Below, in pieces: positions 1 through 7,573 of a DNA stretch of 64,000 nt; the first letter of the stretch is position 1, and every line of letters starts with the position of its first letter. The notes beneath the pieces are model-generated. The model worked only from the letters and a program-made list of their open reading frames with translations, made no database searches and was not told where the DNA came from. The DNA is from Felixounavirus NRG857CP1, in the sequence record OZ035806.1. One strand, written 5' to 3'. The position numbers and the translations under genes are program-made.

Positions 1-117
1 TACATGATTGAGAAAGTGTTCTTTAAGCTTGCAAGATACCTTGCGAGTAAAACAGACACACCTATTGATGATGAGTTCGTAGATAACTTAGAAAAAGCTT
101 TTAAGGGGGAGAAATAA

Positions 118-489
118 ATGAAGTGGCTAGAGGAAGCTTTTAAAAATAATATTGGTGTAATTGTAGTTGGTATTTTTAGTGTTATTGGGATGTATACCAC
201 GATGCAAGTTTCAAGTGGTAAACAAGAAGTGTCTGTCACAACAAAGTTACAGCAGCTAGATAATTATTCCAAAAGTAACTATTCAGCTATTCGTGATTTA
301 CAGTCTGACATGAGACTGATTCAGCTAGGGATGGAGAACCAGAAAGTTCAGTTAGAGAATGTTAAGGGTGAAAACGCAAAACTTACCAAAACTCTTGATA
401 AATTCTCTGACAGTGTGAATAATCTGGCTCAATCAGTATCAGCCCTCCAAGCTATTACTGAGAAGAACACAAAGAATACTGAGAAATAA
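118..489 (+). CDS. hypothetical protein with N-terminal hydrophobic segment and coiled-coil-like region
   Basis: 123 aa ORF; GGGGGAG RBS-like motif upstream; hydrophobic stretch IGVIVVGIFSVIGMY; followed by hairpin terminator. Confidence 0.45.
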   Translation: MKWLEEAFKNNIGVIVVGIFSVIGMYTTMQVSSGKQEVSVTTKLQQLDNYSKSNYSAIRDLQSDMRLIQLGMENQKVQLENVKGENAKLTKTLDKFSDSVNNLAQSVSALQAITEKNTKNTEK

Positions 490-493
490 AATT

Positions 494-526
494 TTAAGGC
501 TCCTTTTGACGGGAGCCTTTTTTGTT
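494..526. terminator. intrinsic terminator-like hairpin between convergent genes
   Basis: AAGGCTCC..GGGAGCC inverted repeat followed by T-run. Confidence 0.55.
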
Positions 527-527
527 T

Positions 528-1427
528 TTACTTACCTACTGACAAAGGTGCTTCAATCTTTCCTGCATGTTTGTAGTTGTTGATGCCACCAATAAAGTCA
601 CTTGCAGTAAGATGTTTTAAGTCACTTAAGGTGTTAAGTTGTACACCAATCTCAAAAGTAGGTGCATGGAACTCTTCATTGTTCATCAGTTCATAAACCT
701 GCTTCATATGGTTCTGGTAAATCTGAGTGTCTCCAAAGACACCTATCAAGTATCGTGGAGTGTATCCAGTCATCTTACAAAGAACTTCTAAGATGAAGCC
801 ATAAGACGCAATATTAAACGGAAGTCCTAAAAATGTGTCTACAGAACGCTGATACCATTGCAAATCTACTTCACCTTCGTTGGTGATATAAATCTGAAAC
901 AGAACATGACAAGGTGCTAAAGCCATCGAGTTTGCTGCAATATCTGCTGCATTCCAAGCATTAACAAGCATGTAGCGGTCTGTGATATCACCTTTCATCT
1001 TTGTTACTAAGGTCTCTAACTGGTCTACAACACAACCATTATGACCTTCAAAGTTTCTCCACTGAACCCCGTAGATTCTCCCACCTGCATCTTCTAACCA
1101 ATCTTGTTCAGAAGAATAATTAGAGCTTAACCAGCGTTTAAAATCATCTGACCAGATAGTCCAACGCTCCCCATCATTTTCACCCCAAGTACGATAACGG
1201 AGTTCACCAAGTTTATTCTCACCATTCAGGAACCATAAAGCTTCCCCAATAACTTGCCGTGTAAACACCTGTTTAGATGTTAAGAGTGGAAAACCAGTAC
1301 GCATATCAAAACGAAACTGTGGTGGAGCAAATGCAGAGATAACATCTCCAGTTCGTGTAGTACGCAGTTCACCAACGGATAAAACATGGTTCAGGATATT
1401 TTTGTAACTTGAATCTGCTTGTGACAT
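528..1427 (-). CDS. thyA: thymidylate synthase
   Basis: 299 aa; ThyA-like sequence throughout (reading-based call, no alignment run); adjacent to DHFR as in T4-type td/frd pair. Confidence 0.9.
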   Translation of the reverse strand: MSQADSSYKNILNHVLSVGELRTTRTGDVISAFAPPQFRFDMRTGFPLLTSKQVFTRQVIGEALWFLNGENKLGELRYRTWGENDGERWTIWSDDFKRWLSSNYSSEQDWLEDAGGRIYGVQWRNFEGHNGCVVDQLETLVTKMKGDITDRYMLVNAWNAADIAANSMALAPCHVLFQIYITNEGEVDLQWYQRSVDTFLGLPFNIASYGFILEVLCKMTGYTPRYLIGVFGDTQIYQNHMKQVYELMNNEEFHAPTFEIGVQLNTLSDLKHLTASDFIGGINNYKHAGKIEAPLSVGK

Positions 1428-1428
1428 A

Positions 1429-1974
1429 TCAAAAGTGTCCTTTTACTTGTGGAACATAAATTTCAAAAGTTGCTTTACCATCCTCTGATGGTTTTGACTG
1501 TACCTTTGTAAATACACGGTTATCATACAGCTTCTCAAAGAAGTTTTCAAAAGGTAAATGTACAGTGACCTCTTCAGTAACTTTATGGAAAACAGTATGG
1601 AACACTACATCAGCATATGGTAAAGCATTGACAAGGACACCTGCACCACCAATTACAAAGACATCTTCATCAATAGAGCTATCAAGATACTTCAAAAATG
1701 CTCCAAATGACTCTTTACTGGCTTTAGCATACATTACATCATCTTTGCCAAAGTCTATGCCTAAGTATGGTACAGAATTTGTTAAGACGAGGTTTGCACG
1801 TTCTGGTAATGGTTTACTGCCCAGAGTCTTAAAAGTCTCGTTACCCATGACTACTAAGTTATTTTTAGTGAGTCTCTTAAACTCTTGCATATCCTGTTTA
1901 TGTCGAGGCCACGGCATACCAGTTGGAGTACCAAACTCCCCATTTTCACCACTTGCAAAGATTAATTTAATCAT
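1429..1974 (-). CDS. folA: dihydrofolate reductase
   Basis: 181 aa; DHFR-like N-terminus MIKLIFASGENGEFG..PWP and VMGNETFKTL region; 1-nt gap to thyA. Confidence 0.85.
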   Translation of the reverse strand: MIKLIFASGENGEFGTPTGMPWPRHKQDMQEFKRLTKNNLVVMGNETFKTLGSKPLPERANLVLTNSVPYLGIDFGKDDVMYAKASKESFGAFLKYLDSSIDEDVFVIGGAGVLVNALPYADVVFHTVFHKVTEEVTVHLPFENFFEKLYDNRVFTKVQSKPSEDGKATFEIYVPQVKGHF

Positions 1975-2231
1975 TTTGTAAATCCTTTCTTAATGAACCA
2001 GTTGATAACATTCTTCACAGCTTTATTGCTATGGTAGATTAAGTGTGGTGTAGGTTGGTATGAACCATAAGCCCAGAAAGCAATGATTTCATTACATCCT
2101 GTACACCTTGTACTCTCTTCAGCAATATGACCGTTGACTATTTCACTTACCTCACCTTGTAAGTCTGTACACCCACAATGTGGACATCGGATAGGTGTTC
2201 CATCAGACTCATAGCAGTGTTCAATTTTCAT
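1971..2231 (-). CDS. small zinc-ribbon protein
   Basis: 86 aa; CPHCGC...CTGC cysteine pairs; overlaps DHFR start by 4 nt (operon coupling). Confidence 0.4.
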   Translation of the reverse strand: MKIEHCYESDGTPIRCPHCGCTDLQGEVSEIVNGHIAEESTRCTGCNEIIAFWAYGSYQPTPHLIYHSNKAVKNVINWFIKKGFTK

Positions 2232-2747
2232 TTATTTAACCTCAAAAACTGGCTCAAGAACCAATATAAAGTCTACACAGTCATCTTCTTCATCCAGAAT
2301 ACCATCAAAGTTCTTAGGAACGAAGTCGAAGAGGCTCATAACAAAACAGTCAGAAGTGACCTTGATAGTTCCTCCCATGTTCTCTACAGTCAACACTGTA
2401 CGACTTTCTTTTACCTCCCTCAGAAGATTACCCACAAAGTCATCTAAGAAGTACTTCATCAGTGACTTAAAACCTTTAGGGTAATCTGTACCAGAGTATG
2501 TTTCAATCTGAGGAACAAGCTTAACATTTATACTAGTCTTTGTTAAGAATGTATTAGAGAACATACTATCAGGTAACTTACAAACAGTCTTTCCAGTACC
2601 TTCATGTTCAATCTCAACAAAACCAGCTTCATCGCCACATGTAACTATTTTAAAAGATGCTTCATTCTCATAATGTGAAGCCATAAACTTTTTAAGCATC
2701 TCTTTAAGGAAATCTGCATGAGCATCTTGTAAGTAGATATCAATCAT
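2232..2747 (-). CDS. hypothetical protein
   Basis: 171 aa ORF in minus-strand operon, tightly packed. Confidence 0.4.
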   Translation of the reverse strand: MIDIYLQDAHADFLKEMLKKFMASHYENEASFKIVTCGDEAGFVEIEHEGTGKTVCKLPDSMFSNTFLTKTSINVKLVPQIETYSGTDYPKGFKSLMKYFLDDFVGNLLREVKESRTVLTVENMGGTIKVTSDCFVMSLFDFVPKNFDGILDEEDDCVDFILVLEPVFEVK

Positions 2748-2760
2748 AGTTAATCACCTA

Positions 2761-3120
2761 TTATGGGAACAGACACTTAATGTCGTCGTTTTTGAAAACA
2801 AAACTCGTGTAGTTATGACCGTCAACATCCAGCCAAACAGCCTGAACATCTACACCATCAAGATTCTGGTAAAGCTCTTTGATGAAGTGGTCTTTCACAA
2901 TCTGACTGCTAGTTGTTTCCAGCTTAATGTTCGAGATTGCTGAACCTACAGCCATATAGCCCATGACACGTTTCTTCTCAGTATGCTTAATCTTACCATC
3001 TTTGTAAGCCATAATGAGATTGGAGAGAATCTTCACACCATAATACTTTTCAAGGTGAGTGGGTACGCCATAAAAACCTAATGCGAAGTTTTCAGAGTGG
3101 ATAATGTTTTCACGTTTCAT
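2761..3120 (-). CDS. hypothetical protein
   Basis: 119 aa ORF in minus-strand operon. Confidence 0.4.
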   Translation of the reverse strand: MKRENIIHSENFALGFYGVPTHLEKYYGVKILSNLIMAYKDGKIKHTEKKRVMGYMAVGSAISNIKLETTSSQIVKDHFIKELYQNLDGVDVQAVWLDVDGHNYTSFVFKNDDIKCLFP

Positions 3121-3121
3121 A

Positions 3122-3421
3122 TTAATCTGCCAACCTTAAATTAAAATTAACACCAAATTTTTCACATACTTCCAACATATACTCAAGGGAAACATTCCCA
3201 GTGAGGTGGATTATGTTGGATACACGAGCCTGAGAGATACCACAAATTTTAGCAACTTGCTCTTGAGAAAGACCTCTGGATTTAATCTCTCTCTTAAAAC
3301 GATGTGCAACGAAGTCTCTCATTTCGTCTACATCCATTGGACAAATATAACTCTCCATTTCAGCCTCTCTATCAGCCTCCCAATCATCTTGTGGGGCATA
3401 AGGGTCAAAAACCTCATTCAT
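3122..3421 (-). CDS. helix-turn-helix (XRE-like) DNA-binding protein
   Basis: C-terminal RGLSQEQVAKICGISQARVSNI HTH-like segment; start chosen at internal Met (MNEVF) to limit overlap; track ORF extends to 3451. Confidence 0.5.
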   Translation of the reverse strand: MNEVFDPYAPQDDWEADREAEMESYICPMDVDEMRDFVAHRFKREIKSRGLSQEQVAKICGISQARVSNIIHLTGNVSLEYMLEVCEKFGVNFNLRLAD

Positions 3422-3626
3422 CTTTCTTCTTCCGTTTGCGTGAAGTGTCAATCAATGAATCTATGTTTGTAGCTCTAACCTTTTCACGTTCATCGTTAAG
3501 ATAATCATCAAGAGCCTTTTCAATCTGTGAATCATCTTGACAGATAACTGTAAAGACTGTAAATCCGTCTTTATCGTCAATTATCTTACCATAACCGCTT
3601 CTGGGATGTAACTTTTTAAGAGCCAT
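3414..3626 (-). CDS. hypothetical small protein
   Basis: 70 aa ORF, basic C-terminus. Confidence 0.3.
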   Translation of the reverse strand: MALKKLHPRSGYGKIIDDKDGFTVFTVICQDDSQIEKALDDYLNDEREKVRATNIDSLIDTSRKRKKKDE

Positions 3627-3627
3627 A

Positions 3628-4011
3628 TCAAATACCTGTGCAGCTTCTGTTTTCTAAGAAATACTCCACACCATACATAGCTTTTTGCATCAAATCTTCT
3701 TTAAACTGGATACGATGGTTGAGCATAGCCTGTACATCAATATCATCATGGTGCTTCTCTTTAATGTTTGCAGATTGCAGGAAATACTCTGCAAGAACAC
3801 GATATTGGTAGTCAGTCACCTTATCAGTCATCTCTGTCAAAGACTCTTCAGAGATTGGTTTAAGTAGCTCACCTTTAGATAGAGCAACACCTTTTACAAT
3901 ATGGCAAGTGTCTTCTGGAACACCTGATAAGTCCACATTTGGAAGTTCTGTTGCATTGACTGGTAAATTTATTGCCATAACCATTGCAGCAGCTAATAAA
4001 ATCTTTTTCAT
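3628..4011 (-). CDS. secreted/periplasmic protein with signal peptide
   Basis: MKKILLAAAMVMAINLPVNA-TE signal peptide-like N-terminus. Confidence 0.5.
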   Translation of the reverse strand: MKKILLAAAMVMAINLPVNATELPNVDLSGVPEDTCHIVKGVALSKGELLKPISEESLTEMTDKVTDYQYRVLAEYFLQSANIKEKHHDDIDVQAMLNHRIQFKEDLMQKAMYGVEYFLENRSCTGI

Positions 4012-4129
4012 AATGACCTCAAAGTTATATTAAATTTTGTATTACATTGAGTATAAAAATAAGCTATAACACCTGACTTGTCAACAGATTTTATAGCTTA
4101 TTTGGCAGATTTTTTATAAGGCTACTGCC

Positions 4130-4430
4130 ATCCTTCCATACATTACCTAACCAAGCCGAACATCACACAACCAGACCGAGCCGCACCCCGCCTTATTAAA
4201 AGACCCTCTTTAAAGACCTTTTAAAAAGGTGAGTCTCATTTTAATGTAGCTGAGACTAACTACCCATACCGAACCTCACCGCACCATACTACACCTGACA
4301 CCACCTTACACCACCGCACCATACCTGACCGAGCTACACATCACTTAAAAACCCTTTTCAAAGACTCTTAAGTGATGCTGGTGAGTACCCGTTGGTTTAT
4401 GCTGCTCAGTATACTCACCAAATTTTCTAT
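4130..4430. repeat. two tandem diverged repeat units (CA-rich tract + AAAGACC box + hairpin) in a 400-bp intergenic region
   Basis: unit 1 hairpin GAGTCTC..GAGACT, unit 2 hairpin GGTGAGTA..TACTCACC; both preceded by CCGAAC..CACCGCACC tracts and TTAAAAGACCCTCTTTAAAGAC / TTAAAAACCCTTTTCAAAGAC. Confidence 0.5.
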
Positions 4431-4431
4431 G

Positions 4432-4620
4432 TCAACAACTTTCTAATAAAGTTTTATGAAGATTTTGCTTAACAACCCGCCTCACATGCCTGTGCTCTTT
4501 CTTAATAAAGAGTGACCTCTTCTTGATAGAGCGCCTATTCTTGTAAGTATTACTAGGATACTTATCATGAACCGGACAACAGCTACCCGGATTGGTAAAC
4601 TTGATAATCTCTCTTTTCAC
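4432..4620 (-). CDS. small basic protein (uncertain)
   Basis: 62 aa, Lys/Arg-rich; low complexity; may be non-coding. Confidence 0.25.
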   Translation of the reverse strand: MKREIIKFTNPGSCCPVHDKYPSNTYKNRRSIKKRSLFIKKEHRHVRRVVKQNLHKTLLESC

Positions 4621-5720
4621 TATTCATAATCCCTAATAACTAACCCGACAGGGAACTGTAAAGAACCCTTACGAGTCATCTTCTGAAACTGAACCGTTAA
4701 AGGCTTCCCGATAAACTCTTCAGGATGTTCAGCAAGATACTGTTTCTTCTCGTGTGTAGTCTTCCATGAGACATCTACAAAGACGTTAGGAAGAGTCTCT
4801 ACAACGAACTTGCCATGACCACGTTTATCGGTCTTTACACCAGTCACTTTAAACTCTTCAGTGTGCATCTTCTTATGCTTAATCAAGAAGTATGAACGGT
4901 GACAACACTCATAGAAGGAGTCTTCAGAGATTGAGCGGTACATTGCACCTTCAAACTTAGCTTCAACCCACTTATCATGAGCTTCATCAAACTCTTCCCA
5001 AGAATTTACACGGATAGTCTGTACAGGAACCACTCTACAGGTATCCCCAAGCTCAACAATAGGTGAGTTATCAATAACTTCACGACGCTCAGGCCAAGAT
5101 TTTGAATTGTCACAGATATCATACCAGTAGAATTTAAGAAGGTGACGGTCTGGATTGTCAGCATTCTTAATCATAGATACAATATCTTCTAAGTCCCAGC
5201 CATGAGCATAAATCTCTCCATCAAAGTCTTCAACTTGCGGATGTAATTTAAGCAACAAAAGTAAGTCTGGGATTAGTTCTGCTGGAACGTTGTAAACAGT
5301 ATTCTCACGAGAATAAGCTGTGAAACTGACTGAATCAGCATCTCTTGAAATTCTACAACGTACACCATCCAGTTTTGGTTGAGCATCAGCAGGGAACTTC
5401 AGATACTTTGCATGACTAACCTTTGCAGCATCATGAGCAAGCTGTACACCTACCTTCTCAGTATTCTGTGCAGACTCTTTTGTGTAAGCATAACCTTTAC
5501 GGTCAACTTGCTTTTTATACTTAGCAGCAACTTCAAAGAGAGCTTGCTGTTCAGCGTTACGCTCATTCTTTTTACCGATGTTTTTCGGTTCTGCTGTGTA
5601 CTCTTCAAACATCATCTTGCCATTTTCTTTACCATAGGTTGTAATAACTTTGTCACCTACAGCAACGCATGACCAGACGTTGAAAGAGCCATCTTTATTT
5701 TGTTTGTATAGGATTGTCAT
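4620..5720 (-). CDS. ATP-dependent DNA ligase
   Basis: KLDGVRC adenylation motif (KxDG); start placed at internal Met with GAGG RBS (track ORF extends to 5753). Confidence 0.8.
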   Translation of the reverse strand: MTILYKQNKDGSFNVWSCVAVGDKVITTYGKENGKMMFEEYTAEPKNIGKKNERNAEQQALFEVAAKYKKQVDRKGYAYTKESAQNTEKVGVQLAHDAAKVSHAKYLKFPADAQPKLDGVRCRISRDADSVSFTAYSRENTVYNVPAELIPDLLLLLKLHPQVEDFDGEIYAHGWDLEDIVSMIKNADNPDRHLLKFYWYDICDNSKSWPERREVIDNSPIVELGDTCRVVPVQTIRVNSWEEFDEAHDKWVEAKFEGAMYRSISEDSFYECCHRSYFLIKHKKMHTEEFKVTGVKTDKRGHGKFVVETLPNVFVDVSWKTTHEKKQYLAEHPEEFIGKPLTVQFQKMTRKGSLQFPVGLVIRDYE

Positions 5721-5722
5721 TT

Positions 5723-5914
5723 TTATTCCTCTGAGTGATACCAAGTATTGCAAGCATTACATGCGTAAAGCTCTAAGTCATTTTTATCTGGTTTATGAAA
5801 ACAGTTTGCTCCGCAGTGGCAACGAAATGGCTTTCCACCAACTGTCAGGACGAAGGACTGAATCTTTCCATCAGGAGTCCGTACAGCATTTTTATACTTA
5901 TCTTCTTTGTTCAT
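5723..5914 (-). CDS. small zinc-finger protein
   Basis: 63 aa; CHC..C and CNAC cysteine/histidine clusters. Confidence 0.35.
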   Translation of the reverse strand: MNKEDKYKNAVRTPDGKIQSFVLTVGGKPFRCHCGANCFHKPDKNDLELYACNACNTWYHSEE

Positions 5915-6216
5915 TTCCTCTTGCCACCAATTTCTACGTCAATAACTTGAACATCACCAGCAACATCAAACTTATGAATGATGCTTTCCACAGTGTAAGT
6001 CCAACCATCAATGCGAACCAACTCACCTTCTCGTGGGACGATTGGGTTACGTTGAGCTACCGTTGTAGTAGAGTGAACAACATCATAACAATAGATATAG
6101 TTTACTAGGACTTCCATCGTGAAACCCTCACTCAATAACCGTAGTGTGTGATTGACCATTTTTGCCATAGCTATAAGATGTTGTTGTTTGGGAGTTTGGA
6201 CATCTGACAACAACAA
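5911..6216 (-). CDS. hypothetical protein
   Basis: 101 aa ORF, 4-nt overlap with downstream gene. Confidence 0.35.
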   Translation of the reverse strand: MLLSDVQTPKQQHLIAMAKMVNHTLRLLSEGFTMEVLVNYIYCYDVVHSTTTVAQRNPIVPREGELVRIDGWTYTVESIIHKFDVAGDVQVIDVEIGGKRK

Positions 6217-6364
6217 TATCTCTGCTTATAGCATCACCATGTAACTTGTATACTCTGCAATCTTGCATCTCTGGTGGGAGGCTGTAAGAAGCATTTTTAT
6301 CTTCATAAGAAGGGTTGCAGCCAGATAGAAAAATAACACCAAGCGCAATTACTGATTTCCACAT
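6128..6364 (-). CDS. lipoprotein (possible superinfection-exclusion type)
   Basis: start at internal Met; signal MWKSVIALGVIFLSGC with lipobox LSGC. Confidence 0.5.
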   Translation of the reverse strand: MWKSVIALGVIFLSGCNPSYEDKNASYSLPPEMQDCRVYKLHGDAISRDIVVVRCPNSQTTTSYSYGKNGQSHTTVIE

Positions 6365-6551
6365 AATACACCCCTGTTTACTGTTCACGATGCTCTACTT
6401 CTCTGTATGTACGTCGATAATGAATGATAAGTGGTGCTAATTCATTGCTTTTAACATTTGAGCGTAACAGTTGCCAGTCAAAACCTTTACCAACTCTTCC
6501 ATATAAATTAAAAAACTTAACTTTGCGTTTCATTTTCGGTATCTCCAATAT

Positions 6552-6779
6552 TCAGAGGTTAATATTAATACGTTCGCCCTTAAGGACTCCAGTACGGTCC
6601 CTTGCAATCTTACCATCAACAATAAGGATATGCGCAGACCTTAAAGAGTCATTATTAAAACCTTTTACGAACTTACTAGGCATCACTACAATAAGCATCT
6701 CCTGAATCAACTCTGGAGTATAGCAGTTATCATGAAGTTGTTGGATAACGTCTGCAAGTGTCATTTTTGATGTCTCCAA
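6552..6779 (-). CDS. hypothetical protein
   Basis: 75 aa ORF. Confidence 0.3.
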   Translation of the reverse strand: METSKMTLADVIQQLHDNCYTPELIQEMLIVVMPSKFVKGFNNDSLRSAHILIVDGKIARDRTGVLKGERININL

Positions 6780-6970
6780 TACTCAATGTCAATAAGTTCT
6801 TGTGCAATGCTTTTCAGATTACCTTTCAAGAAAACCTTCTCAGAACCTGAAAGAGATGAATTGTCAATTAACCTGTTCATTCTCTCAAACAACTTCTGCT
6901 TACGGTTCTTGATAGTTTCCTTTGAAGCGCCTTTCATCATCGCTGCATGGGTTCTTCCACGATGGCTCAT
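6761..6970 (-). CDS. hypothetical basic protein
   Basis: 69 aa ORF. Confidence 0.3.
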   Translation of the reverse strand: MSHRGRTHAAMMKGASKETIKNRKQKLFERMNRLIDNSSLSGSEKVFLKGNLKSIAQELIDIEYWRHQK

Positions 6971-7021
6971 AAGTCCTCCTATACAAGATATTGTATAAGG
7001 TACTCTTCCCTGAGCACCTTG

Positions 7022-7573
7022 TCAACTTAGTTTTGCAAACTCTCCGTGGAGTTTAATAGCAGCTTCACAGTAAGCTTTATGGGCTTCTTCTGGTGTGTCA
7101 AACATACCAAGATGATAGTTTTTACCTTGTAAACGTATCATTGCTCGAAACCTTTTACTTATCTTCTGTACACCTTTTGGCAACCCAGATGGGGACTCTC
7201 TTGACCGATTGCAAGAGTTTTGTGAAGCTGTACAAACCCTTAAATTCAAGTACCTATTGTCCCAACCGTCCCCATTCTTATGGTCAACCTGTAAGGTTTT
7301 ATCAGGTAGATATCCATCCATATACAAGATAACTAAACGATTTGCTTGGTAACCCCTTCCATCAATCAGCAACTGAACTGACTTGTGTCCATCAGTATTT
7401 GTTCTGTAGTTTCCAGCCCTCTTACCTCCAAATCTAGAGTTAAAGTTTGCATTACCTTCTCTAAACTTCCAAGTAAAGACCCCTGTTTCGGGGTCGTAGT
7501 CCAATAGCTCCTTAAGACGAATTTCTGTAATCATTTCAACACCATCAATGCACTTCCAACCAGCTCTTACCAA
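7022..7573 (-). CDS. HNH homing endonuclease with AP2-like DNA-binding domain
   Basis: QVDHKNGDGWDNRYLNLRVCTASQN HNH core; paralog of 17113..17637 (shared ETGVFTW, YxDG, LRVCT motifs); overlaps polymerase 3' end. Confidence 0.8.
   Translation of the reverse strand: MVRAGWKCIDGVEMITEIRLKELLDYDPETGVFTWKFREGNANFNSRFGGKRAGNYRTNTDGHKSVQLLIDGRGYQANRLVILYMDGYLPDKTLQVDHKNGDGWDNRYLNLRVCTASQNSCNRSRESPSGLPKGVQKISKRFRAMIRLQGKNYHLGMFDTPEEAHKAYCEAAIKLHGEFAKLS

Noticed and set aside
1565-1981. Plus-strand ORF antisense to the dihydrofolate reductase gene
   Set aside because: Completely overlapped by the well-supported DHFR gene on the other strand; no RBS.
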